The notes under the pieces are model-generated. The model ran no database searches and was not told the origin of the DNA. It saw nothing but the letters and a program-made list of their open reading frames with translations. The translations under genes and the position numbers were made by a program. From Bdellovibrionales bacterium (lineage in GTDB: Bacteria; Bdellovibrionota; Bdellovibrionia; Bdellovibrionales; UBA1609), in NCBI GenBank assembly GCA_965205945.1, contig CBDBIB010000001.1:64525-128524 (forward strand): 64,000 nucleotides of DNA, given 5' to 3'. Below are positions 1 to 8,664 of this stretch, one piece after another (the first letter of the stretch is position 1; each line of letters opens with the position of its first letter).

Positions 1-1875
1 TTTCACAACTAGGCACTCCACCAGCATCCATTGCGTTGCCTGCATTTTTTCCTAAAGAAGCTTTTAAATAACCGTTTAAAAAGTTTGAATGTGTTATTTT
101 TTTAAGACCACTTTGAGAAACATCATACATTAAAACACTGTCTAAAGAATCAGCCGTAGTTTTTTCTGTAGTTTTGTTAATGTCTACACTTAAACTTCTA
201 TTAGTTGATAAATCTCCACCTCCACTTAATCCACTGTTTAAAGCCGTTGTAATAGTTCTAGTTATTGGAGCTTTTCTAGATTCAAGTTCATTAAGTGCAC
301 CTTCTACATCTGTAGCCTGAATGTTTCCAAATGGAGTGTAGGTCACCGTGTTTGCCGCCAGACTTGCTAAACTCCAACCTTCAGACACATCCTTACAATT
401 TGCTCCTCTTTCATCACAAATTTGTGTTATTCTTGCTGTTCCAGCAACGTCTAATAAAGCCTCAGGACTAGCCTTACCAACTCCAACCCTTCCACTAGCA
501 TCAATAATAATTCCCTCATTATCACCGTCTCCACTTAAATAATTTTGGTTAAGATTTATATTTAATCGAGCTATACCATCTCCCATATTATCAGCACTGC
601 TTGGTAAGTTTATAAGCCGACTTCCATCAACAGCAGGCAGTCTTAAAGAGCTATCAAGCTTAATAAGCTGATTGCTCCCTGTGCCAACATCTAATCTAGC
701 TGTGCTAATGGTTCCTGAAGTGATTTTTTCTCCATTTAAATCTGGTATATCATTTTCTGATAAACTTAAACTCTCAACCACTCTTCCTTTAACATCAACT
801 CTAACTTTTGAGTACGTCCCTGGGGTTACACCCGTTGGTATAAGACTAGGGTTTGGGTAGGTTCCTGTAAGATCCCCTTGAGCCTGGCTTCCTAAAAGAC
901 TTGTGTTTTGATCAACTTCACATGACCAGGAATAAATAGGGCCATTACTCATTTGAAGTTTTTCATTGCTTTCACAACTAGGCACTCCACCAGCATCCAT
1001 TGCGTTGCCTCGACTTTTTCCTAAAGAGGCTTTTAAATAACCGTTTAAAAAGTTTGAATGTGTTATTTTTTTAAGACCACTTTGAGAAACATCATATATT
1101 AAAACACTGTCTAAAGAATCAGCCGTAGTTTTTTCTGTAGTTTTGTTAATGTCTACACTTAAACTTCTATTAGTCGATAAATCTCCACCTCCACTTAATC
1201 CACTGTTTAAAGCCGTTCTAATAGTTCTAGTTATTGGAGCTTTTCTAGATTCAAGTTCATTAAGTGCACCTTCTACATCTGTAGCCTGAATGTTTCCAAA
1301 TGGAGTGTAGGTCACTGTGTTTGCCGCTAGACTTGCTAAACTCCAACCTTCAGACACATCCTTACAATTTGCTCCTCTTTCATCACAAATTTGTGTTATT
1401 CTTGCTGTTCCAGCAACGTCTAATAAAGCCTCAGGACTAGCCTTACCAACTCCAACCCTTCCACTAGCATCAATAATAATTCCCTCATTATCACCGTCTC
1501 CACTTAAATAATTTTGGTTAAGATTTATATTTAATCGAGCTATACCATCTCCCATATTATCAGCACTACTTGGTAAGTTTATAAGCCGACTTCCATCAAC
1601 AGCAGGCAGTCTTAAAGAGCTATCAAGCTTAATAAGCTGATTGCTCCCTGTGCCAACATCTAATCTAGCTGTGCTAATGATTCCTGAAGTGATCTTTTCT
1701 CCATTTAAATCTGGTATATCAGATTTTAATAAACTTAAACCCTCAACCACTCTTCCTTTAACATCAACTCTAACTTTTGGGTACGCCCCTTGGGTTACAC
1801 CCGTTGGTGTAAGACTAGGGTTTGGGTAGGTTCCTGTAAGATCCCCTTGAGCCTGGCTTCCTAAAAGACTTGTGT
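1..1875. repeat. Tandem direct repeat, period 969 nt (323 codons, in frame) inside the fibre gene
   Basis: 1-906 aligns base-for-base with 970-1875 (offset 969), with about 20-25 substitutions and no indels by eye. Track ORFs 348-542 and 1317-1511 are identical antisense by-products. 907-969 versus 1876-1938 are related only at protein level. The array may continue left of the window. Confidence 0.95.
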
Positions 1876-3400
1876 CTGTGTCTGTATCAATATCAGCCAC
1901 GCAAGAATAGCTTATTATAGCACCAGGGTTTCGTTGAATCTTTTCCCCACTAGTACACACAGGAAGAGTGTCCACTTGCATGAGCTGTCCTAAACCACTT
2001 CCTATATCTGCTTCTAAACCCCTTGGCGTAATTTTTAAACCACTTCCTACTTTTACTTTTAATTTATTTATATTAAACTCTAAACCCCCAGAAGAATCTA
2101 AATCTAAATCTATGTTTCCACTGTTGTTGTATAAACCCCTACCAAGGTTGATGCTTATTGTTGGGTTGCTACCACCTGAAGAAGTTAAAGGAGCATTGAC
2201 TAAAACACTTAATGCACTACTTAAGGTGCTTAAAACTTCTAAGCTAACACCATTCCAATACTTAAGCGCTCCAGAGTCACTATTGTACCAAGTAGCCCCA
2301 GCATTGCTCATGTTCATAGACCCTAAAAGACTAACTTCTTCTAAATTCGTATAAGAACCTAAGGTCATGGTACTTCCTGGGTTTTGCATAATATGACTTG
2401 TGTTTAGAATCTGATTATTATTAAAGTTAAGGTCACCTAATAAAACCCCTCCTGTAAGAGGAAGTTTTGTATTGTCAGTTCCTGTGGGAACCACTGAGCT
2501 TGGTAGAATTCCACTTGTGATTTTATTTGCATGAATACCACTTGCAAGATGACTGTTTAAAACACCCCCTGGTGCAATTAAAATTGTACCACTGTTTGTA
2601 ATGGTTCCACCACTTAAGCCGCTTCCTGCTGTAATACTGGTTACAGTTCCACTACCTTTACCAACAACAGTGGCTGCTGATCCATTGTAGTACATGATTT
2701 GATTATTTGTAGAGTTATACCAAATATCTCCTGCCTGAGAATTAGGTGGTGGATGAGAGCTTGAAAAACTAGGTAAAGAGCTAGCTCCACTGATGCTTAA
2801 TGGGGAGTATTGATTAGAGCTGCCATTAATTAAAGCCATAAGCTCCCTTTGATTGGCATCATTATCAAACACGGTCTCTAAATTGCTTTGAGTAACACCA
2901 CGACTTACTTGAATAAAATCATTAACAGCTTTTCCACCAAGTTTGCCGGCATACTGAGCATAGGGCACACTGTGAATTATATGGTCATTTGTTAAAGTAA
3001 GAGGGCCGCTGCCATGATCAAAAGTTACTCTAAGCCTTCTTGTATCGTTTAAGGTTGGAGTGTATGAAGACCCAAAGGCACAACTAAGACTTTTATTGTT
3101 TAAAAAAGAATTGTCTAAAGCTTTAGATAAATTTGTTAAGCCTCCATTTCCTGTGTTTATTCCAGACCCAACGTTTAAGTTAAAAACTCCCTTTGATCCT
3201 ATCATATTAAGATTAAAACTTTCTTCGTAAAGAAGACAATGATCCATGGAGGATAAAACTTGAACAAGAAAGCTGACATTATTTTCTTCTAAAGCGTCTC
3301 CATTGGGTTTTACAATTTGGCCTTGAAAAACAAAAGAACTTGGGGTGGCTAGAGAATGGGGAGTTAATAGTAAAATTGTGAAGAAAGTTAGAGCTTTCAC
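1..3400 (-). CDS. Giant secreted phage-tail-fibre-like fibre/adhesin, N-terminal ~1133 codons (3' end lies beyond the window start)
   Basis: Absent from the ORF track because it runs off the window edge. Hand translation from GTG at 3400 gives the signal peptide VKALTFFTILLLTPHSLA. The frame stayed open everywhere I translated (3400-1861 continuously; spot checks at 1560-1500 and 361-300 in the same phase). Motifs GTVTSITAGSGLSGGTITNSGTI, GDLTGTYPNPSL, Y.KVRVDVKGRVV and VTYTPFGNIQATDVEGALNELESRK are typical of tail-fibre-like repeat proteins. Confidence 0.8.
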   Translation of the reverse strand, partial: MKALTFFTILLLTPHSLATPSSFVFQGQIVKPNGDALEENNVSFLVQVLSSMDHCLLYEESFNLNMIGSKGVFNLNVGSGINTGNGGLTNLSKALDNSFLNNKSLSCAFGSSYTPTLNDTRRLRVTFDHGSGPLTLTNDHIIHSVPYAQYAGKLGGKAVNDFIQVSRGVTQSNLETVFDNDANQRELMALINGSSNQYSPLSISGASSLPSFSSSHPPPNSQAGDIWYNSTNNQIMYYNGSAATVVGKGSGTVTSITAGSGLSGGTITNSGTILIAPGGVLNSHLASGIHANKITSGILPSSVVPTGTDNTKLPLTGGVLLGDLNFNNNQILNTSHIMQNPGSTMTLGSYTNLEEVSLLGSMNMSNAGATWYNSDSGALKYWNGVSLEVLSTLSSALSVLVNAPLTSSGGSNPTISINLGRGLYNNSGNIDLDLDSSGGLEFNINKLKVKVGSGLKITPRGLEADIGSGLGQLMQVDTLPVCTSGEKIQRNPGAIISYSCVADIDTDTDTSLLGSQAQGDLTGTYPNPSLTPTGVTQGAYPKVRVDVKGRVVEGLSLLKSDIPDLNGEKITSGIISTARLDVGTGSNQLIKLDSSLRLPAVDGSRLINLPSSADNMGDGIARLNINLNQNYLSGDGDNEGIIIDASGRVGVGKASPEALLDVAGTARITQICDERGANCKDVSEGWSLASLAANTVTYTPFGNIQATDVEGALNELESRKAPITRTIRTALNSGLSGGGDLSTNRSLSVDINKTTEKTTADSLDSVLIYDVSQSGLKKITHSNFLNGYLKASLGKSRGNAMDAGGVPSCESNEKLQMSNGPIYSWSCEVDQNTSLLGSQAQGDLTGTYPNPSLIPTGVTPGTYSKVRVDVKGRVVESLSLSENDIPDLNGEKITSGTISTARLDVGTGSNQLIKLDSSLRLPAVDGSRLINLPSSADNMGDGIARLNINLNQNYLSGDGDNEGIIIDASGRVGVGKASPEALLDVAGTARITQICDERGANCKDVSEGWSLASLAANTVTYTPFGNIQATDVEGALNELESRKAPITRTITTALNSGLSGGGDLSTNRSLSVDINKTTEKTTADSLDSVLMYDVSQSGLKKITHSNFLNGYLKASLGKNAGNAMDAGGVPSCE

Positions 3401-3535
3401 ACCTATTTCTATGAAATTTTTTAATAAGTCATATACTCTATACATATTGTATATTTCGGATGAAAAGCTTAACAATTAGAGGAAATTAAATAGTTTTTTA
3501 GCTCTAATTCTACATTTTTATTTTCATTTAAAATC

Positions 3536-4087
3536 TGTGCTTTTACAAAATATGCCGATAAGGAGGATTATGTTACTACGTCTATTTACGTCTATTTTAA
3601 AATTATATTTAAGTTTAAAAGTATTTAATTATAAAAGTTTAGACTTTATTTTTTTAAAATTATTATTTTCAATAAAATTTTTATTATTAAAAATAAGGAC
3701 TGCTTTAGAATTTACTTTAAAAATATTTAATATTTAGCGCTCTTTTTTTAAAGCTTAGATTTAAATATCTTTATTTATCATAGCTGTTATTTTAACCAAC
3801 ATCTAAGTTTAAAAGTTATTAAGATACAGCATATGTATTATATAAAATTAAATAATATTTAAAGCGATATTCTTTAAGTTTTTTTTAAATATTTATTTGT
3901 ATAGAGTTATTATTTAAATAAGAAAATCTTGTTAATTAAACGTAACTATTTTGCAACATTTTTATGTTATAAAGAAATTTACACTTAAGCACCATAGTTA
4001 AAATCAGCAGGTCAAATCAAAAATAATGTGGTTTTAAGCAGAAATAGTAACATAATCCTCCTTATCGGCATGTTTTATAAAAGCACA
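3536..4087. repeat. 552-bp AT-rich segment bounded by 43-nt inverted repeats (candidate invertible promoter element or MITE)
   Basis: 3536-3578 (tgtgcttttacaaaatatgccgataaggaggattatgttacta) matches the reverse complement of 4045-4087 at 41/43 positions. The 466-bp core is extremely AT-rich. Each IR carries AAGGAGG followed by ATG, pointing inward. Confidence 0.9.
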
Positions 4088-4348
4088 CCATCCATATTAA
4101 TAACTTTAAAAGTATTCCAACCAGAGATGTTAGGGGGTTACTAAAGCTGCATTACTCAATACATATGGCTCATATTAGTAACATGTGTAGTTAAGTCGCC
4201 ATTAACAAGAGTTAAGTTCTTTTACCTATTTCTTATATATTTACTACCTCTATTTAAGGACCTTGAGTTTAATCTTGAAAAGCTTTAAGCAAATTAAAAA
4301 TCTCTAAGTTTACATTAAAAAACTAACATATAGTTAAAAAAAGACTTA

Positions 4349-5211
4349 GAAGCTGTTTGAAAAGTCTAATTTGACTTGATTTAATAAGGCAAGAACTTCA
4401 AGGAAGAGGTAAAAATGTCTATTAAAAAAGGTTACGGAAGCGATTTAACAGATACTCAGTGGGAACAGCTCAAAAAATATTTACCAAAAGCAAAATCTGG
4501 AGATCGACCAAGAGAAGTTGATCTTAGAGAAATAATGAAAGCAATATTTTATATCAATAAAACAAGCTGTCCGTGGAGGTGGCTGCCAAAGGACTACCCA
4601 CCGTGGCAAACAGTATATTCGTATTTTAGAAGTTGGCGTCTTTCAGGGGCCTGGGAAAAAAATCAACTCCCAATTGAGCAAGACTTGAGGAAAAAAGAGG
4701 GAAGAAATTCAACACCCTCAGGGGCGTGCATGGACTCTCAGTCTGTGAAGACTACTTCTGTCGGAGGAATAAAGGGCTACGATGGTAGGAAAAAGGTGGT
4801 TGGCCGCAAACGCCACATTCTAGTGGATACTTTGGGGTTCATAATGACAGTGGTTGTACATGCAGCTGACATTCAAGATAGAGATGGTGGGATTTTAGTT
4901 TTACAAAATATCATTTCAAGGTTTTCAAGTTTAAAATTGATTTGGGTAGATGGCGGTTACCGTGGGAACGTCATTCACTTTGCTAAAACTCTTTTCAGCC
5001 GTACGCTTGAGGTGGTTTTACGAACCGACAAGGATCCAGGATTTAAGGTTGTTAAAAAACGTTGGATTGTTGAACGAACTTTTGCATGGCTAGGAAATTA
5101 TAGAAGGCATTCTAAAGATTATGAAAGGCTGGCAGAATCAAGTGAAACTATGATTTATATTTCTATGATTCATCTCATGGTCAGGAGAATTTAGACTTTT
5201 CAAACAGCTTC
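4349..5211 (+). mobile_element. IS5-family insertion sequence, 863 bp, apparently intact
   Basis: Perfect 20-bp terminal inverted repeats: gaagctgtttgaaaagtcta at 4349-4368 and its reverse complement at 5192-5211. Flanked by a direct TTA at 4346-4348 and 5212-5214 (target-site duplication). Single transposase ORF; visibly more GC-rich than the flanks. Confidence 0.9.
4415..5194 (+). CDS. IS5-family DDE transposase (DUF4096 N-terminus plus DDE_Tnp_1-like core)
   Basis: 259 aa. LTDTQWEQLKKYLP N-terminal motif. Candidate DDE residues lie in ILVDTLG, IWVDGGY and IVERTFAWL. The stop codon lies inside the right IR. Confidence 0.9.
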   Translation: MSIKKGYGSDLTDTQWEQLKKYLPKAKSGDRPREVDLREIMKAIFYINKTSCPWRWLPKDYPPWQTVYSYFRSWRLSGAWEKNQLPIEQDLRKKEGRNSTPSGACMDSQSVKTTSVGGIKGYDGRKKVVGRKRHILVDTLGFIMTVVVHAADIQDRDGGILVLQNIISRFSSLKLIWVDGGYRGNVIHFAKTLFSRTLEVVLRTDKDPGFKVVKKRWIVERTFAWLGNYRRHSKDYERLAESSETMIYISMIHLMVRRI

Positions 5212-5311
5212 TTATAAAATTGTTTTTTTAAACATTTTTAGTTTTTATTATTTTTTAAATCTATAATATATTAGTTTATTAAAAAATTTTATTCTATAAA
5301 GCCCCTTTTCT

Positions 5312-6028
5312 TTAAATTTTTAAAGCTAAGGTACTGTCTCTTTTATATAAAAACCCATCTCTTTTTAAATTTTTAAATCCTGATTTTTTAAGTATTCTAT
5401 TTAACACACCAGTAGCAGCATAAGTTGTAAACACTGAGCCTTTTTCACACTTGATTATAAGGTTTTTTAAAAAACCTTCCCTCCAAAGTTCTTTACTTGT
5501 TTTATTACTATAAGCATCAAACAAAACAATTCTTTTTACATTATTCAGCTTTTGTAAACTTTTCTCATCAAATTTTTTGTTTACTTTAAGGTTATCTTTT
5601 AAAAAAGCTGCTACTTTAAAAACCTCCACCCCCTCTGCCTTAAAAGGTTGCCAAAATAAAGGATATTTATCAAAATGCAAAAGTCTTTTTTTAAAAAGAA
5701 GTTCTAGTTTTTCTTCCTTTTCAAAGGATAAAATTGTTAGTTTCAAATTCAAACCTGTATTTAAATAAGCATAAGCCGATAAAATTTCATTATAGCCCAT
5801 TCCAAGACCAATTGATAAAATTTCAACTTCTTCTCCATTCCTACAATCTTTAAAAAATTGTTCTAAAGCATAAAAATAAATAAAAATTGATTCTGATAAC
5901 GCTCCCCCAAGAGCATGCATCTTTTCTTTTAAACCTATTTGTTTAAGCGTAAAGCTTCCATCTTTAGTTAAAATAGGTTTAAATTTATTCACTAAATAAT
6001 CATTAAATTCTTCTTGATCATTCTTCAT
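5312..6028 (-). CDS. MnmC-methyltransferase-domain-like (DUF752/MnmD-type) SAM-dependent tRNA methyltransferase
   Basis: TKDGSFTLKQ...KMHALGGALSESIFIY resembles the DGS.T...YHS..GA..ES motif of the MnmC methyltransferase domain. ATG at 6028 preferred over the track's TTG at 6034. Confidence 0.6.
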   Translation of the reverse strand: MKNDQEEFNDYLVNKFKPILTKDGSFTLKQIGLKEKMHALGGALSESIFIYFYALEQFFKDCRNGEEVEILSIGLGMGYNEILSAYAYLNTGLNLKLTILSFEKEEKLELLFKKRLLHFDKYPLFWQPFKAEGVEVFKVAAFLKDNLKVNKKFDEKSLQKLNNVKRIVLFDAYSNKTSKELWREGFLKNLIIKCEKGSVFTTYAATGVLNRILKKSGFKNLKRDGFLYKRDSTLALKI

Positions 6029-6049
6029 TTTCAAGAGATTTATACCTTA

Positions 6050-6994
6050 ATGCTAAAAAATATACCAGAACAATGGAACCAACAACCCTTTAACCCTATA
6101 AGTAGCTTTTATAAACGTCGTTTTAAAGAAAAAGTGTATAAAATACCCGTCTCTGTTGTAGATAGTTGTCCTAATAGAGAGGGATTTAAAGGCATGAAAA
6201 CCTGTATTTTTTGTGATATTTGGGGCTCAGCTGCAAGATCAGAATCTAAGAGTTTTAGCTTAGATATGCAAATAAAAAAGTATAAACGAATTATTGGTAA
6301 AAAATTTAAAGCTAGAAAGTTTCTAGTTTATTTTCAAGCATACACAAATTCATTTGCAAAACTTCAAGCTATTCGTAAAAACTTTTACCAAGCCTTAGAG
6401 GATGAAGATATAGTTGGTTTTGTTGTAGGAACAAGGCCTGATTGTATAAGTCCTGCTCTTTTAAGACTATGGCAAGAAGTTCATGAAAAGTCTTTTGTCT
6501 CTATCGAGCTTGGGGCGCAAACATTTAAAAATAGCAAGTTAGAGTGGCTCAAACGTGGACACAGTAACAAACAAACCCTTAACGCCATTAAAAAAATTCA
6601 AACAGAAACGAATGTTGATCTAGGCCTTCACTTTATGTTCGGCCTTCCTAATGAAACACAAGAAGAGATTCAAGAAGCTGCTCAAATTACTGCAGATCTT
6701 AAAATTACAAACGTAAAACTTCATAATCTGCATGTTCTAAAAAACACTCCTTTAGAGAAAGACTACTTTAATCATAAATTTAAACCTTGCACACTAGAAG
6801 AATACTGTAAAAAAGTAGGCTATTTTTTATCTCACCTTCCACCTCATATTTATGTGCACAGACTTGCAGCCCTTGCATCACGCTGGGAAGAGCTTATTGC
6901 TCCAGATTGGACGAGATATAAAATGGATACTCATCAAAAAATTTTAAATTACCTTAAGCAGCACAATATCACTCAAGGATGTGCGCTAAGCTAA
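6050..6994 (+). CDS. Radical SAM protein, TIGR01212 (YhcC/YtqA-like) family
   Basis: CPNREGFKGMKTCIFCD cluster motif, and length and layout typical of TIGR01212. ATG at 6050 preferred over the track's TTG at 6014, which would overlap the divergent gene. Confidence 0.75.
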   Translation: MLKNIPEQWNQQPFNPISSFYKRRFKEKVYKIPVSVVDSCPNREGFKGMKTCIFCDIWGSAARSESKSFSLDMQIKKYKRIIGKKFKARKFLVYFQAYTNSFAKLQAIRKNFYQALEDEDIVGFVVGTRPDCISPALLRLWQEVHEKSFVSIELGAQTFKNSKLEWLKRGHSNKQTLNAIKKIQTETNVDLGLHFMFGLPNETQEEIQEAAQITADLKITNVKLHNLHVLKNTPLEKDYFNHKFKPCTLEEYCKKVGYFLSHLPPHIYVHRLAALASRWEELIAPDWTRYKMDTHQKILNYLKQHNITQGCALS

Positions 6995-7198
6995 GGTTTT
7001 ATAGAATAAAGCATGAACTGCTCTAACGCTTTCTTAAGAGCTATAAACAATTCTGTTAAAAACTTACCTTAAATTACACACTTGTTATAAAACAATGCTT
7101 TTAACTCTTTTTTCACAGCCAAATCTTAACATATTAATTCAATGCACAAAAATCCAAAGAGATATTCGAATCTTAAATTTTTTGTTAAATTATTACTT

Positions 7199-7891
7199 AT
7201 GAATACAAAATTAGTTATTGTTAGACATGGGCAAAGTCAGTGGAACCTTGAAAACCGCTTTACAGGATGGACAGATGTTCCACTCACTGATCAGGGAAGA
7301 AAGGAAGCTCAAAAGGCTGGAGAAAAAATTAAAGAATTAAATATTACGTTTTTAAAAGCATACACCTCAGTATTAACAAGAGCCATTCATACCCTTTGGG
7401 AGATTTTAAATATAACTAATTTAAACTGGCTTCCTGTAATAAAAGACTATCGTTTAAATGAAAAAAATTATGGCGCGCTAACAGGATTAAACAAAAAAGA
7501 AATTTTAAAAAAATATGGAGAACATCAAGTTTTTAAATGGCGTCGAAGCTTTGACATTCTTCCCCCTCAACTTGAAATGGATGACGATCGACACCCTATT
7601 TACGATTCTAGATACAAAGATATGCTCTCCGCTACAGATCTTCCAACTGGTGAATCCTTAAAAATTACACTCAAACGCTTTATACCTTTATGGAAAAATG
7701 AAATTGCTTTAAAATTAAAGGATGGAAAAAATCTTCTTATTGTCGCCCATGGAAACTCATTAAGAGCTTTAATACTAAATCTTGAAAGTCTTTCCCCTAA
7801 AGACATTACACAAGTTGAAATCAAAACAGGAATTCCCATTTGCTATACTCTTGATAAAAACTTAAAGATTTTAAAAAAACAAATTCTTTAA
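7199..7891 (+). CDS. gpmA: 2,3-bisphosphoglycerate-dependent phosphoglycerate mutase
   Basis: LVIVRHGQSQWNLENRFTGWTDVPLT catalytic-His motif and VAHGNSLRAL. Start moved to MNTKLVIV (M20 of the track ORF). Confidence 0.9.
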   Translation: MNTKLVIVRHGQSQWNLENRFTGWTDVPLTDQGRKEAQKAGEKIKELNITFLKAYTSVLTRAIHTLWEILNITNLNWLPVIKDYRLNEKNYGALTGLNKKEILKKYGEHQVFKWRRSFDILPPQLEMDDDRHPIYDSRYKDMLSATDLPTGESLKITLKRFIPLWKNEIALKLKDGKNLLIVAHGNSLRALILNLESLSPKDITQVEIKTGIPICYTLDKNLKILKKQIL

Positions 7892-8541
7892 TCAGTTTTT
7901 CTAATAAAAATCTGATAAGAATTCCAAATAAGCACTACTAAAATAAATCCGCAAATACCACCTAATACAAACTGAAATTTTCTCATTAAATCAACTATAA
8001 CTTCCCCATAATAAGAAATTAAAAAAATTTGCGTTGGAACAACAGCTAAAATAACTAGCCCATCTACAACTAAAAATGTGCTTCGCCTAACTCCTAAAGC
8101 ACCACAAAGTAAATGCCCCGGAAACCTCAATCCTGGAATAAGTCGAAAAAGCCCTGGAACAATTCGACCCCATTTACGAGCCCAAGATTTAACCATGTTT
8201 AGTCTTTTTTCAGAAACAATTTTTTTAAACCAGTTAGATGCAAGTACCGATGGACCGTAGTTTTGACCAATAGAGTAGACAACAAAATCTGAAAAATAAA
8301 TACTTAAGCTACATACAAGCATTGCTGGTATAATCTGCACATGAGGGGCTCCTAAAAAAGGTGGAGGATACAGGTCTGGCCTTGAACCTACATAAGATAA
8401 AATGCCTAAACTGATAATAGAAATTTCTTCTGGCACAGGAAGACCTAAGCTTGATAAAAACATGACAATAATTACAAAAGTATAAACCATATAAGGCTCA
8501 AAAGTATACTCTTTAAGCAGTTCAAATAAAAAACCTTCCAT
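7888..8541 (-). CDS. DedA/SNARE-associated family inner-membrane protein
   Basis: 217 aa, multi-pass hydrophobic protein with GLPVPEE near the N-terminus, typical of DedA. Confidence 0.7.
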   Translation of the reverse strand: MEGFLFELLKEYTFEPYMVYTFVIIVMFLSSLGLPVPEEISIISLGILSYVGSRPDLYPPPFLGAPHVQIIPAMLVCSLSIYFSDFVVYSIGQNYGPSVLASNWFKKIVSEKRLNMVKSWARKWGRIVPGLFRLIPGLRFPGHLLCGALGVRRSTFLVVDGLVILAVVPTQIFLISYYGEVIVDLMRKFQFVLGGICGFILVVLIWNSYQIFIRKTD

Positions 8542-8664
8542 TGCTTATTTTTTAAGCCTCCTCTATATTTTTTAAAATCTTTACTTTAATAATTTTATAA
8601 AATTATATAGGGTTATCCTAAGATTATTTTACATACAAACTCTAACTACTAATAAGGCTTTATA

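Noticed and set aside
1-1875. The near-identical repeat pair as a diversity-generating retroelement template/variable pair
   Set aside because: The roughly two dozen differences between copies involve all base types, not adenine-specific changes. There is no reverse transcriptase gene in the window. The copies are adjacent in-frame modules of one gene.
348-2354. Plus-strand track ORFs (348-542, 672-860, 1317-1511, 1641-1829, 1968-2354)
   Set aside because: They are antisense to the long open minus-strand fibre frame. The duplicated pairs simply reflect the 969-bp repeat, their sequences are low-complexity Pro/Ser/Leu-rich, and there are no RBS-like sequences.
3537-3737. 66-aa ORF inside the IR-bounded segment
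   Set aside because: It is an extremely AT-driven, low-complexity Leu/Lys/Phe/Ile peptide. It is probably not a real protein, although the SD-ATG inside the IR is noted in the findings.
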